NCBI GenBank assembly: GCA_965279375.1
Contig: OZ257156.1
Coordinates: 4,192,001-4,256,000, forward strand
DNA length: 64,000 nucleotides
Reading direction: 5' to 3'
Origin: Gemmatimonas sp.
GTDB lineage: Bacteria; Gemmatimonadota; Gemmatimonadetes; Gemmatimonadales; Gemmatimonadaceae
The notes under the pieces were generated by a model, which did not search any database, was not told where the DNA came from, and saw only the letters and a program-made list of their open reading frames with translations. Position numbers and translations under genes: made by a program. Numbering within the stretch: position 1 is the first letter of the stretch; every line of letters starts with the position of its first letter. This document shows positions 19,385-28,558 of this stretch, piece by piece.

Positions 19385-20491
19385 CTATGCGGCTCGCGCC
19401 TTCCGATCCAGCGCATCCTGACTGGCTCGCGGGTCACCCGAAAGCTGGCCCAGGCTCCAGATCGCGTCATAGTCGAGAGCTCCGCCGTCCTGCTCCAGCT
19501 TGAGCACCTTCGACGCTAGAAAGAGCGACTCGGCCAGCGGATGCACCAACGCGGGGCGTTCGCGCCGGTGATGCGAGCCGATCGCGTCCGCCGCGCGCGC
19601 CCCCAGCCCCCAGCGGTGTGCAGCGAGTGCCCCCAGCGGTTCGTGGAGCTGATCGAGCAAGACCATCAGCCAGCCATCGGGGATCAGGACCGGCTTTCGG
19701 TTGGTCAGTCGCAGACTCGAGATGCGGTCAAAGATCACCAGCTTCCCCACGTCGTGCAGCAGCGCCACGGCAAACGCTTCCTCGGGGTCTGCGCCGAAGT
19801 TGGGGGCGACCGTACGAGCAACCGGCCCCGAATCGATCATATGGGCCCACGCCGCGGCCAGCATCGTGTCGTAGGCGCCGCCAGGCTTGCTCAGGAGTCC
19901 GTCCACGCAGGCGGCGAGTACCACCGCTCGAGTGCCCGCAATGCCGATGCGGTCGATCGCCGCGTCCACGCGGAGAATCGGCGACAGGCCAGCCCCGTAG
20001 AACGCGCCGTTGGCCTGACGCAGGAGTCCCTGGACCAACGAGGGATCGCGACTCAGACGAGATGCCAACTCCACCCGCGCGATCGACTCGTTGTCGCACA
20101 GCGCCATGGCATCTCGTGCGGCGGCCGGCAGTTGGCGGATCATCTGCTCGGGGGGAGCCGTGAGCAGGTCCAACAGACTGAACGCGTCGGGCCACTGGGC
20201 GGCGCTCGAATCCTGCGTCCACTCGCGACGAATGCGCTCGATCAGGTGGTGCGAGCGTTCTTCCCAGTACACCGCGTCACGCGCGGCCCATGCAGCCATT
20301 GGAGGCGCCGGGAGTGGGGCGGCAGCCGGTCGCGAAATCTCGGGACGCGGGACCTCGTGCGCTCCGGGTGTCGCGGCCGGTGTAATCGTCGGGCCGGTGG
20401 GACTGGCGGGAGCGGTCGCGCGCGCGGGCGTCTTCGCCACGGACGGTGCCGCAGGGGCACGTCCAAGCAGTCGCGAGATGAATCCAAGCAT
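19385..20491 (-). CDS. stand-alone HDOD domain protein
   Basis: LP...DPSLVQGLLRQAN..FYG...AIDRIG, ALLHDVGKL, HE, HRWGL, IGSHH. Confidence 0.85.
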   Translation of the reverse strand: MLGFISRLLGRAPAAPSVAKTPARATAPASPTGPTITPAATPGAHEVPRPEISRPAAAPLPAPPMAAWAARDAVYWEERSHHLIERIRREWTQDSSAAQWPDAFSLLDLLTAPPEQMIRQLPAAARDAMALCDNESIARVELASRLSRDPSLVQGLLRQANGAFYGAGLSPILRVDAAIDRIGIAGTRAVVLAACVDGLLSKPGGAYDTMLAAAWAHMIDSGPVARTVAPNFGADPEEAFAVALLHDVGKLVIFDRISSLRLTNRKPVLIPDGWLMVLLDQLHEPLGALAAHRWGLGARAADAIGSHHRRERPALVHPLAESLFLASKVLKLEQDGGALDYDAIWSLGQLSGDPRASQDALDRKARAA

Positions 20492-20727
20492 GAGCAAGGG
20501 AAAGGGATGGCGGAGACCGCGTGAGCCGCATGCCGACGGGCCAACCACTCGCGCACGTTGCGCTTGGACGGCCCTCTTCAGAGACGGTCTACGTCCCAGG
20601 ATGTAACTGTGCGATCGCTACATCCCTTCCCTGCTGCGACTTCCAGAAACCAAGTCGGCGAGCGCGGTGACACTCGCCGTCAGCATAACCCGCGGCGCAC
20701 GCAGCGCCGGTGCCGCGAACGTACAGC

Positions 20728-21777
20728 CTAGTGCTTCGTCAGCTGCCGCTCGATGATGCCGCGCGCGTGCGTCTGGTCGCCCGTCAGCTCTCCCTGCTCC
20801 CACAGCCCGAAGAGATCGAGTGGCTCACCGCGTGAGACCGCACCAGCCAGATGCTCGGCGACAAACAGCGTCTCGGCCAGCGGATGCCGCTCGGCGGGCG
20901 TGTCACGGCGGTGGTGCGTACCAATGGCGTCGGCGGCGTCGATGCCAAGTCCCCAGCGGTGCGCCGCCACTGCGCCGAGCGTTTCGTGCAGCTCCCGAAT
21001 GACGATGTCGAGCCAGCCGTCCGGCAATGCGACATTGCGACGATTCGCCGTGCGCACCGCCGAGATACGGTCGAATACGATCAGTTTGCCCACGTCGTGC
21101 AGCAGCGCGACGGAAAACGCTTCTTCACCGTCCGCCGAGAAGGCCGGCGCGAGCGCCCGTGCGATGGGGCCCGTGTTGACCATGTGCTGCCACGCCGAGG
21201 CGAGCATGCCGTCGTAGGCCCCGCCCGGCTTGCTCAGCAGTCCGTCCACCGATGCCGCCACGACCACCGCACGCGTACCTGCCATGCCGATGCGATCGAT
21301 GGCCGCATCCACCCGAAGAATGGGCGCGAGTCCGGCGCCGTACGAAGCGCTGTTGGCTTGCCGCAGCAGTCCCTGCACGAGTGAAGGATCTGTGCTGCGC
21401 CGGTCGACGAGTTCATGTCGCGGCAGATTGTCCTTCTCACAGAGCGCCATGGCATCACGCGCGGCAGCCGGCAGCTGGCGAATCACTTCTTCAGGGGGCG
21501 CCGACAGCTGATCGATGAGGCTGATCATGTCCGGCCACTTGGCCGCATCTTCCGCCTGACTCCACTCCTCGCGCAACAGAGACAACGCTCTCGTCGTGCG
21601 ATCTGTCCAATACGACGCATCGCGCGCCAACCATACGAGACCGTTGCCACGAGACTCTTCGGTTGCGGACTCGTACGCCTGCAAAATCTCTTCAGGTCGC
21701 CGCGGCGCGCGCTGGGGCGTAGACTCTACGGGACGCTGCTCGTTCCCACCGAAGAGTTTGGAAAAGAAGTTGGCCAT
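20728..21777 (-). CDS. stand-alone HDOD domain protein (paralog of the previous gene)
   Basis: DPSLVQGLLRQAN, ALLHDVGKL, HE, HRWGL, IGTHH. Confidence 0.85.
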   Translation of the reverse strand: MANFFSKLFGGNEQRPVESTPQRAPRRPEEILQAYESATEESRGNGLVWLARDASYWTDRTTRALSLLREEWSQAEDAAKWPDMISLIDQLSAPPEEVIRQLPAAARDAMALCEKDNLPRHELVDRRSTDPSLVQGLLRQANSASYGAGLAPILRVDAAIDRIGMAGTRAVVVAASVDGLLSKPGGAYDGMLASAWQHMVNTGPIARALAPAFSADGEEAFSVALLHDVGKLIVFDRISAVRTANRRNVALPDGWLDIVIRELHETLGAVAAHRWGLGIDAADAIGTHHRRDTPAERHPLAETLFVAEHLAGAVSRGEPLDLFGLWEQGELTGDQTHARGIIERQLTKH

Positions 21778-21987
21778 TCTGAAAGACTTTGCTGAAATCG
21801 GATTCGGGAACGTTCCAGTGCCGCGCAGAGTCTCGGCAGTCACTGAGACAAACTTCATGAAATCGAGGTTATGTCCCAAGCGCGAACATAACTTTGTGAC
21901 AGAGCATACTCGCACTGGAACGGCCTCTACAGCAAGCTCTCTCTTTCGAGAGAATCCCACCTTGGACTTCGTCCCAAAACCGTCCCA

Positions 21988-24390
21988 GTGATCGCACTCA
22001 TTTCCGCCGCACTGTTACTCCGCGCGGCCCTCCCGGCAGACGCGGCCCATCGCCTCCGCGCAACGGAGCCTACCGTACCAATTCACACCGGTCCGGTGTT
22101 CGATGGGCGGAGAGGCGGCCTCAAGGTTCCGCTTCCTCGCCAGGAGGGGGCCATCACGCTCGATGGCTCGCTGGCCGAGCCGGAGTGGAGCAAGGCCGCG
22201 CTGCTGACCGGGTTCTCCCAGTTCTTCCCCAACGACGGCATCGCCGCGCCCGACAGCACCGAGGTGCTGGTGTGGTATTCGGCGACCGAATTGCACGTCG
22301 GTGTGCGCGCCTTTGCGGCGCCGGGCACCGTCCGCGCCACGTTGTCCGATCGCGACAAGATCACGCAGGACGACAACGTCCAGCTGTTTCTGGGCACCTA
22401 CGGCGACAGTCGACAGGCGCTGGTCTTCGGCGTCAACCCGTTCGGTATTCAGAGCGACGGTGTGCTCACCGAAACTGGCGCGAGCACGAGCGCCGGGTTT
22501 GGAGGCGGTACCCCCAAGGCTCGTGAGAGCACCGACCTCGCGCCTGACTATGTGTGGCGGTCCAAGGGTGCGGTGCGTGAGTGGGGCTATGAAGTGGAAA
22601 TCACCATTCCGTTCAAGAGCCTGCGCTATCGCGCCGGCGACGAGCAGCAATGGCAGCTGCATGTCATCCGCACGGTGCAGTCGAGTGGCTTTGAGGAGAG
22701 TTGGGCGCCGGCGCTGCGAGCGAGCGCCAGCTTTCTCGCGCAATCGGGTCGCCTCACCGGGCTGCGCGACCTGCGCCGCGGCCTGACGCTCGACCTGATC
22801 CCGACGATCACGTCGAGTGCCAACGGCACCCCCAACGCGACCACCGCGAAATGGGGCTACGAAACGTCGCGGCCAGAAATCGGTGGCAGTGTGCGCTGGG
22901 GCGTGACCAGCAATCTGACCGTGGCGGGCACCGCCAATCCCGATTTCTCGCAGGTCGAGGCGGATGCCACACAGTTCTCGCTCGACCCGCGCCAAGCGGT
23001 GTTCTTCGCGGAACGTCGTCCGTTCTTTCTCGAAAGTCAGGAACAGTTCACGACGCCCAATCGGCTGATCTACACGCGCCGCGTCGTGCAGCCGATCGCC
23101 GCCACCAAGCTGACCGGCAAGCACGAAGGATTCGACATCGGCGTGCTGTCTGCAGTGGACAGCAAGGATGCCTCGTACGACGGCAAGCACTCGCCAGTGT
23201 TCAACCTCGTGCGCCTGCAGCGGGACCTTGGCAAGCAAAGCCGTATCGGACTCGCGTACACCGACAAGATCGATGGCGATCGCTGGAACCGGGTGATCGG
23301 CGTGGACGGTCGCCTGGTGCGCGGCATCTTCAGCTTGCAGTCGCAAGTCGCCGGCAGCTTCACGGGAGCGAATGGCACCACCAGCAAAGCACCGCTCTGG
23401 AACACCACCGCGACGGTGAACGGCAAGCGATTCTACGCCAACTACGTGGCGAATGGCATCAGCCCCGACTTCGACGCGCAGAGCGGCTTCATTGCGCGTC
23501 CGGGCATCGCCAACCTGTCGGCGACGCATCAGTGGCGGATGTTCGGCAAGCCGGGCGCACTCGTGGAAGCGCTGGTGCCCGAGATCTACATGCTCGGTCG
23601 ATATCGCTACGATGACCTCGTGAACGGCCACGGCGCGCAGGATCGCCAGCTGCACTTCCGCAACAACACGCGGCTCCGGGGCGGATGGCAACTGGGTGGC
23701 CAACTGCTGCTCGAAGAGTTCGGCTACGACGTGCCGCTCTACAGCAACTACCGCATCATTCGTCCGCGCGCGGGTGGTGCGGACACGCTCAAATACACCG
23801 GCACCAAGGTGCTCCCCAATCGCGACTGGGTGGCCAGCATCAGCACGCCGGAGTTCCGTCGCTTCTCGTTCAATACGTTCTACCTGTTCGGCAAGGACGA
23901 GAACTTCCCCGAGTGGTCCACGGCCGACGTGGTCATCACGCAGGGGACGCTCAACGTGCGCCCGACGGAGCAGCTCCGCATCTCGGGGACGTGGAACATC
24001 GAGTCATACGACCGGCAGACGGATGGCACGCGCGTGCTGAGCCGCGAGACGCGCCGCCTGCGGACGGAGTATCAGGTCACGCGACAGATTTTTGTGCGCG
24101 TCATCGGCGAAGTGACGCTGCTCGCGCAGGATGCGTTGCGCGACGACTCGCGCACGGGCGCGCCGGTCTACTTCGCCGGCGCCAACGGCACGCTCACTCG
24201 TGCGACCGCGTTCGAGCGGCGTCGTGGTCGGCTCGACTTCCTCTTCTCGTATTTGCCGTCGCCGGGCAACATCGTCTATCTGGGATACGGCGATGCGTTG
24301 CGCGCAGACAAGCCCGAAGGACCGGATCGGTTGCAGCGTTCGCGCGATGTGTTCTTCGCCAAGTTGAGCTACCTCTTCCGCGTGCAGTGA
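21988..24390 (+). CDS. CBM9-like/DUF5916 outer membrane protein
   Basis: LDGSLAEPEW, VNPFGIQSD, VEITIPFKSLRY, NPDFSQVEAD, FFAERRPFFLE, IYTRRV; beta-strand C-terminus FAKLSYLFR. Confidence 0.8.
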   Translation: MIALISAALLLRAALPADAAHRLRATEPTVPIHTGPVFDGRRGGLKVPLPRQEGAITLDGSLAEPEWSKAALLTGFSQFFPNDGIAAPDSTEVLVWYSATELHVGVRAFAAPGTVRATLSDRDKITQDDNVQLFLGTYGDSRQALVFGVNPFGIQSDGVLTETGASTSAGFGGGTPKARESTDLAPDYVWRSKGAVREWGYEVEITIPFKSLRYRAGDEQQWQLHVIRTVQSSGFEESWAPALRASASFLAQSGRLTGLRDLRRGLTLDLIPTITSSANGTPNATTAKWGYETSRPEIGGSVRWGVTSNLTVAGTANPDFSQVEADATQFSLDPRQAVFFAERRPFFLESQEQFTTPNRLIYTRRVVQPIAATKLTGKHEGFDIGVLSAVDSKDASYDGKHSPVFNLVRLQRDLGKQSRIGLAYTDKIDGDRWNRVIGVDGRLVRGIFSLQSQVAGSFTGANGTTSKAPLWNTTATVNGKRFYANYVANGISPDFDAQSGFIARPGIANLSATHQWRMFGKPGALVEALVPEIYMLGRYRYDDLVNGHGAQDRQLHFRNNTRLRGGWQLGGQLLLEEFGYDVPLYSNYRIIRPRAGGADTLKYTGTKVLPNRDWVASISTPEFRRFSFNTFYLFGKDENFPEWSTADVVITQGTLNVRPTEQLRISGTWNIESYDRQTDGTRVLSRETRRLRTEYQVTRQIFVRVIGEVTLLAQDALRDDSRTGAPVYFAGANGTLTRATAFERRRGRLDFLFSYLPSPGNIVYLGYGDALRADKPEGPDRLQRSRDVFFAKLSYLFRVQ

Positions 24391-24412
24391 GCAGGCCGCA
24401 CGCTTCTTCAAG

Positions 24413-25795
24413 GTGACCGGAATGCGTCAGTCGAGTTGGTTACGACGATCCTCGTGGTACGCCGTCGCGCTGCTGTTCGCGGGCAGCGCTTGCGCCGGTG
24501 GCGATGCTCCGTCCACCGGGACCGCGCCGCCGACCGTTCCCGACGGCACCTTCGCGCGCATCCAGACGCAGATCCTCGATCCGGCCTGCGTCTCCTGCCA
24601 CAAGAGCGGCGACGCCAATGCGCGACAGTCCGGTCTCGTGCTCACGGCGGATTCGTCGTACCAGCAGCTCGTGGGTATGCCGTCGTTGCAGCAGATCGCA
24701 CGCGCAGACGGCATTCCGCGAGTGAAGGCGTTTCGCAGCGACAGCTCGCTGTTCTTTCACAAGCTCGCGTGGATTCCGGGGCATCACAGCCGAGACTATG
24801 GCAACCTGATGCCGATGGGCACGACGCAGGGGCTCACGGCGGGGCAGCTCGAGTATGTGCGCCGCTGGATCGAAGCTGGCGCACCGCGTAGCGGGCATGT
24901 GGTCGATACGCTCGTGCTGCGCGATAACCGCGTGCAGTCCGCCACGTTCACGCCGCTACCAGAGCCCAGCACCGCCGGCCTTCAGCTCAAGGTGGACAGC
25001 TTTGCCGTGACGCCCAGCAGCGAACGCGAGCTGTTCGTGATGCGCCGCGTGGGCAACGCGAGCGACTTGTACGTGACGCGCATCGAGTCGCGCATGCGTC
25101 CAGGCAGCCATCATCTGCTGCTTTACACGTTCGACGAAAAGAACACAGCGTTTCCCTGCAACACGCGACCGCAGGCGAACGTGGTGCGCGACATCCGCAA
25201 TCGTGACGGCACGCTGAACATCCTGAACATGCTGCCGATGGCATGTCACGTGTACTTCGCCGGCGCGATGACGCCCGAGTTCGACTATCGGTTTCCCGCA
25301 GGCGTCGCACTCAAGTTGCCGGCCAACACGACCCTCGACTTCAACGTGCATTACGTGAATCGCTCACCGGCCGATCTGCCCGGCGAAGCGTACGCGAATC
25401 TCTACACGACGCCGCTCTCGCAGGTGCAGACGGTGGCACGCACGCTCAACCTGGCCAACACCGACCTCACGTTGCCGCCGGGCAAGCGCACGACCATCAT
25501 GAAGGCGTTCCCCACCAACGTGCGCCTGACGATTCTTGGCTTGACGTCGCACATGCACTCGATGGGCGAGCGCTTCGAGATTCGCGTGCGACGCGCGAAT
25601 GGCGCGGAAACGACGGTCTATACGAATACCGATTGGGAGCATCCCGGGTTCGTGAACTTCGCGACGCCGCTGGTGCTGGATCCGGGCGATGCGCTCGTGT
25701 CCGTCGTGACATGGAACAACGTCACCAGCCGAACGATCACGTTTGGTCTCGCGAGTACAGATGAGATGGACATCATTTTCGGGTACGCGTATTGA
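24413..25795 (+). CDS. lipoprotein: c-type cytochrome domain fused to a PHM/DBH-type copper monooxygenase
   Basis: Lipobox AGSAC; CVSCH heme motif plus LMPMG and RWIEAGA; SHHLL, NVHYVN, SHMH and DEM copper ligands. Start may be ATG 24422. Confidence 0.78.
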   Translation: MTGMRQSSWLRRSSWYAVALLFAGSACAGGDAPSTGTAPPTVPDGTFARIQTQILDPACVSCHKSGDANARQSGLVLTADSSYQQLVGMPSLQQIARADGIPRVKAFRSDSSLFFHKLAWIPGHHSRDYGNLMPMGTTQGLTAGQLEYVRRWIEAGAPRSGHVVDTLVLRDNRVQSATFTPLPEPSTAGLQLKVDSFAVTPSSERELFVMRRVGNASDLYVTRIESRMRPGSHHLLLYTFDEKNTAFPCNTRPQANVVRDIRNRDGTLNILNMLPMACHVYFAGAMTPEFDYRFPAGVALKLPANTTLDFNVHYVNRSPADLPGEAYANLYTTPLSQVQTVARTLNLANTDLTLPPGKRTTIMKAFPTNVRLTILGLTSHMHSMGERFEIRVRRANGAETTVYTNTDWEHPGFVNFATPLVLDPGDALVSVVTWNNVTSRTITFGLASTDEMDIIFGYAY

Positions 25796-25954
25796 GCGCC
25801 GCGCGGTCGTCGTGACTCGCGTGCAGATAGGAGACATGCCCGCCGCGTGAGTTGAGCAATCCCGTTACGGGACTGGAACGATTCCATCACGTCGGCGTTG
25901 ACACGCCCGACCGATACCTCCGTGTTCGTTGTTTGCCCCCTACACGGAGCGCTC

Positions 25955-28492
25955 ATGTCGTCTCGCCTTGTCCGTCGCTGCGCCATTCTGGCGCCAGCCC
26001 TGCTCTTCCTCGCGCCGACGCTTGCTGCGGCGCAGCGCGGCGTCATCGCCGGGACCGCGACCGCGCGCGAAGGCGGAAAGCCAGTCGCGGCTGCAGTCGT
26101 CACCGTCGTCGGGAACGCAGCCTTGCGATCGGCGAGCGACGTCTCGGGGCGGTTTCGCATCGCGGATGTACCGGTCGGCGCGCAGCGTGTGATCATTCGC
26201 GCGATCGGACTCCTGCCGGAAACGACAACGGTTTCTGTCACTGCGGGTGGTGTCGCCTCGGTCACCTTCTCGCTCCGCCGCTCCCCCACCACGCTCGGCG
26301 CGGTCGCCATCACGGCGCAGAAGCGCACCGAGTCGCTGCAGGATGTTCCGGTGGCCGTTACCGCGTACGACGGTGCATTTCTCACGCAGCAGAACGTTCA
26401 GCAGTTCGACCAGCTGTCCGCATTCGTGCCCGGACTCAATGTGCAGATGCAAAGCCCCAACAATCCGGGCTTCGTCATTCGCGGCATTACGTCGGATGAT
26501 GGCTCGAGCTTCGTGGAGCCACGCGTCTCGGTCTTTCAGGACGGTGTCTCGATTTCCAAGTCGCGTGGATCAGTGGTGGAGCTGTTCGACCTCGAGCGCG
26601 TAGAAGTGCTGAAGGGACCGCAGGGCACGCTGTTCGGCCGCGGCGCGCAGATCGGCGCGGTGCACGTCATCCAGAACAAGGCTGTGAACCGCAAGGAAGC
26701 GTCGCTGGCCATTGGCGGCGGCAACTACAACGAGCTCTATCTGAATGGTGCAGTCAACGCGCCGCTCGTAGAGAACACGCTCTTCGGACGCGTTGCCGTC
26801 ATCTACAACAAGCGCGACGGCTTCATCAAGAACACGGCGGGCGGGACGCTCAACGGCAAGAACACGGCGGCCGTTCGCGCGTCGCTGCGCTGGTTGCCCA
26901 CCAACTCGTCCACTGTTGACCTCATCGTCAACGCGCAGAACGATGACTCGCCGGGCACGTCGTTCAAGAGCAAGCGCTACGCTGCACCGGGCGGTGACAC
27001 GACCGCCTTCGGCATCGCCGGTCTCAACGGCGGTGATTCGCTCAAGATCGACCGACAGGTGGGCGGCGTCACGCTGCTTTGGAACCAGCAGCTCTCGCGC
27101 GCGTGGACCCTGACCTCCACGTCGGCATGGCGTCGCTTCTACTCCGACGAGAACTTCGACGCGGACGGAACGCTCGCCCCGGTGCTCCAGTTCAACGAGA
27201 TCGCGGAAGGCAGCCAGACGAGCCAAGAGTTTCGCTTCAACTACGATCGCGGAGGCAAGCTCACGGCCTTCACCGGCACGAGCCTGTTCTGGGAACAAGG
27301 CAGCCAGCGCGTCCCTTTCCGCACCGACGAACGCAGCCTGTTCGCGCTGCTGAGCCCCAACCTTCGCGCGCTCGGTGTTCCGACCATTCCACTGGTGAAC
27401 CCGGATGGCTCTCCGAATTTCGCCGTCACGAACAATCCACTGACCGGGCGCCCGCTCAAGACGCAGCACTCGGAACAGTACCAGAACTTCGGTAAGACGA
27501 CGGCCGCCGAAGTCTTCGTTGATGCGACGTACAAGCCCATCGCACAGTTGAGCCTCACCGCGGGCGCCCGCGGCACATACGAGGAGGTCGACAACGGCTA
27601 CGAGGTCACGAACAGCGCGACACCGGGTTCACTGGGCGCACTGCTCGGCGCGGGCGTGAACGATCTCTTCGCCCCCACCAACGGACGCAAGCGTGGCAGC
27701 GGTGTGTTTCGCTCTGCCGTCGGCCGCGCGATCGCCAGCTACGACTTCGGCAATGGCTTCCTCGGCTTTGGCAGCGTGTCCAAGGGTCGTCGCCCGAACG
27801 TCGTGGCGGTCACCGCCGCCGGTGCGCGCACGCTGAACGAAGAGACTGTGTGGAGCTATGAGGGAGGCCTCAAGGGACAAGCCTTGAACAGTCGCATTCA
27901 GTTCGATGCCAATGCGTTCCAGTACCGCTACCGCAACTTCCAGACGTCCATCACGCGACTCACCGCTACCGGCGTGCAGAACGTGACGCTGGATGCCGGC
28001 AGTGCCAAGTCGTGGGGCATCGAAGGCAGCGTGCGCGGTCAGGTCACCTCGACGATCTCGGCCTTCGCCACCTACGGCTACACCGACGCCAAGTTCGACT
28101 CGCTCGACTCGCAGGGCAACAAGCAGGCGCGTGCCGGCAACCGCTTCCGACTCACCCCGATGCACTCGTACAGCGGCGGGTTGAACATCTCGAGCACCGA
28201 GAGCTCGGCGGGCCGCTTCTACGTCGCGCCGAATGTGACCTATCGCGGCAAGGTGTTCTTTGAAGACACCAACCTGCCGGCGATCTCGGAGAAGGGCGTG
28301 CTTCTCGTTAACGCGCGGGCCGGCTACGTGCTGCCGGGCAATCGCACCGAGTTGACCATCATCGCGCGGAATCTGCTCGACAAGCAGTACATCATCGACG
28401 CAGGCAACACCGGCGGCGCATTCGGTATCCCCAGCTTCATCGCTGGCTCGCCGCGCTTCATCTCCGTCCAGCTCTCGCGAAGCTTCCGATAG
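25955..28492 (+). CDS. TonB-dependent receptor
   Basis: Signal peptide, N-terminal carboxypeptidase-regulatory-like domain, VAITAQKR TonB-box region, FDLERVEVLKGPQGTLFGRG plug, C-terminal RSFR. Confidence 0.93.
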   Translation: MSSRLVRRCAILAPALLFLAPTLAAAQRGVIAGTATAREGGKPVAAAVVTVVGNAALRSASDVSGRFRIADVPVGAQRVIIRAIGLLPETTTVSVTAGGVASVTFSLRRSPTTLGAVAITAQKRTESLQDVPVAVTAYDGAFLTQQNVQQFDQLSAFVPGLNVQMQSPNNPGFVIRGITSDDGSSFVEPRVSVFQDGVSISKSRGSVVELFDLERVEVLKGPQGTLFGRGAQIGAVHVIQNKAVNRKEASLAIGGGNYNELYLNGAVNAPLVENTLFGRVAVIYNKRDGFIKNTAGGTLNGKNTAAVRASLRWLPTNSSTVDLIVNAQNDDSPGTSFKSKRYAAPGGDTTAFGIAGLNGGDSLKIDRQVGGVTLLWNQQLSRAWTLTSTSAWRRFYSDENFDADGTLAPVLQFNEIAEGSQTSQEFRFNYDRGGKLTAFTGTSLFWEQGSQRVPFRTDERSLFALLSPNLRALGVPTIPLVNPDGSPNFAVTNNPLTGRPLKTQHSEQYQNFGKTTAAEVFVDATYKPIAQLSLTAGARGTYEEVDNGYEVTNSATPGSLGALLGAGVNDLFAPTNGRKRGSGVFRSAVGRAIASYDFGNGFLGFGSVSKGRRPNVVAVTAAGARTLNEETVWSYEGGLKGQALNSRIQFDANAFQYRYRNFQTSITRLTATGVQNVTLDAGSAKSWGIEGSVRGQVTSTISAFATYGYTDAKFDSLDSQGNKQARAGNRFRLTPMHSYSGGLNISSTESSAGRFYVAPNVTYRGKVFFEDTNLPAISEKGVLLVNARAGYVLPGNRTELTIIARNLLDKQYIIDAGNTGGAFGIPSFIAGSPRFISVQLSRSFR

Positions 28493-28502
28493 CCGGTAGC
28501 GA

Positions 28503-28530
28503 CGCAGCCGCGGATTCGTCCGCGGCTGCG
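28503..28530. terminator. perfect 12-bp hairpin with TTCG loop between convergent genes (probable terminator, no U-tract)
   Basis: CGCAGCCGCGGA-ttcg-TCCGCGGCTGCG. Confidence 0.6.
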
Positions 28531-28558
28531 CGACGGCAGTTCATCAAACGGCGACGTC

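Noticed and set aside
20525..20545. Sigma54-like TGGCCC...ATGC upstream of the first HDOD gene
   Set aside because: Spacing is GG-N11-GC rather than the required N10
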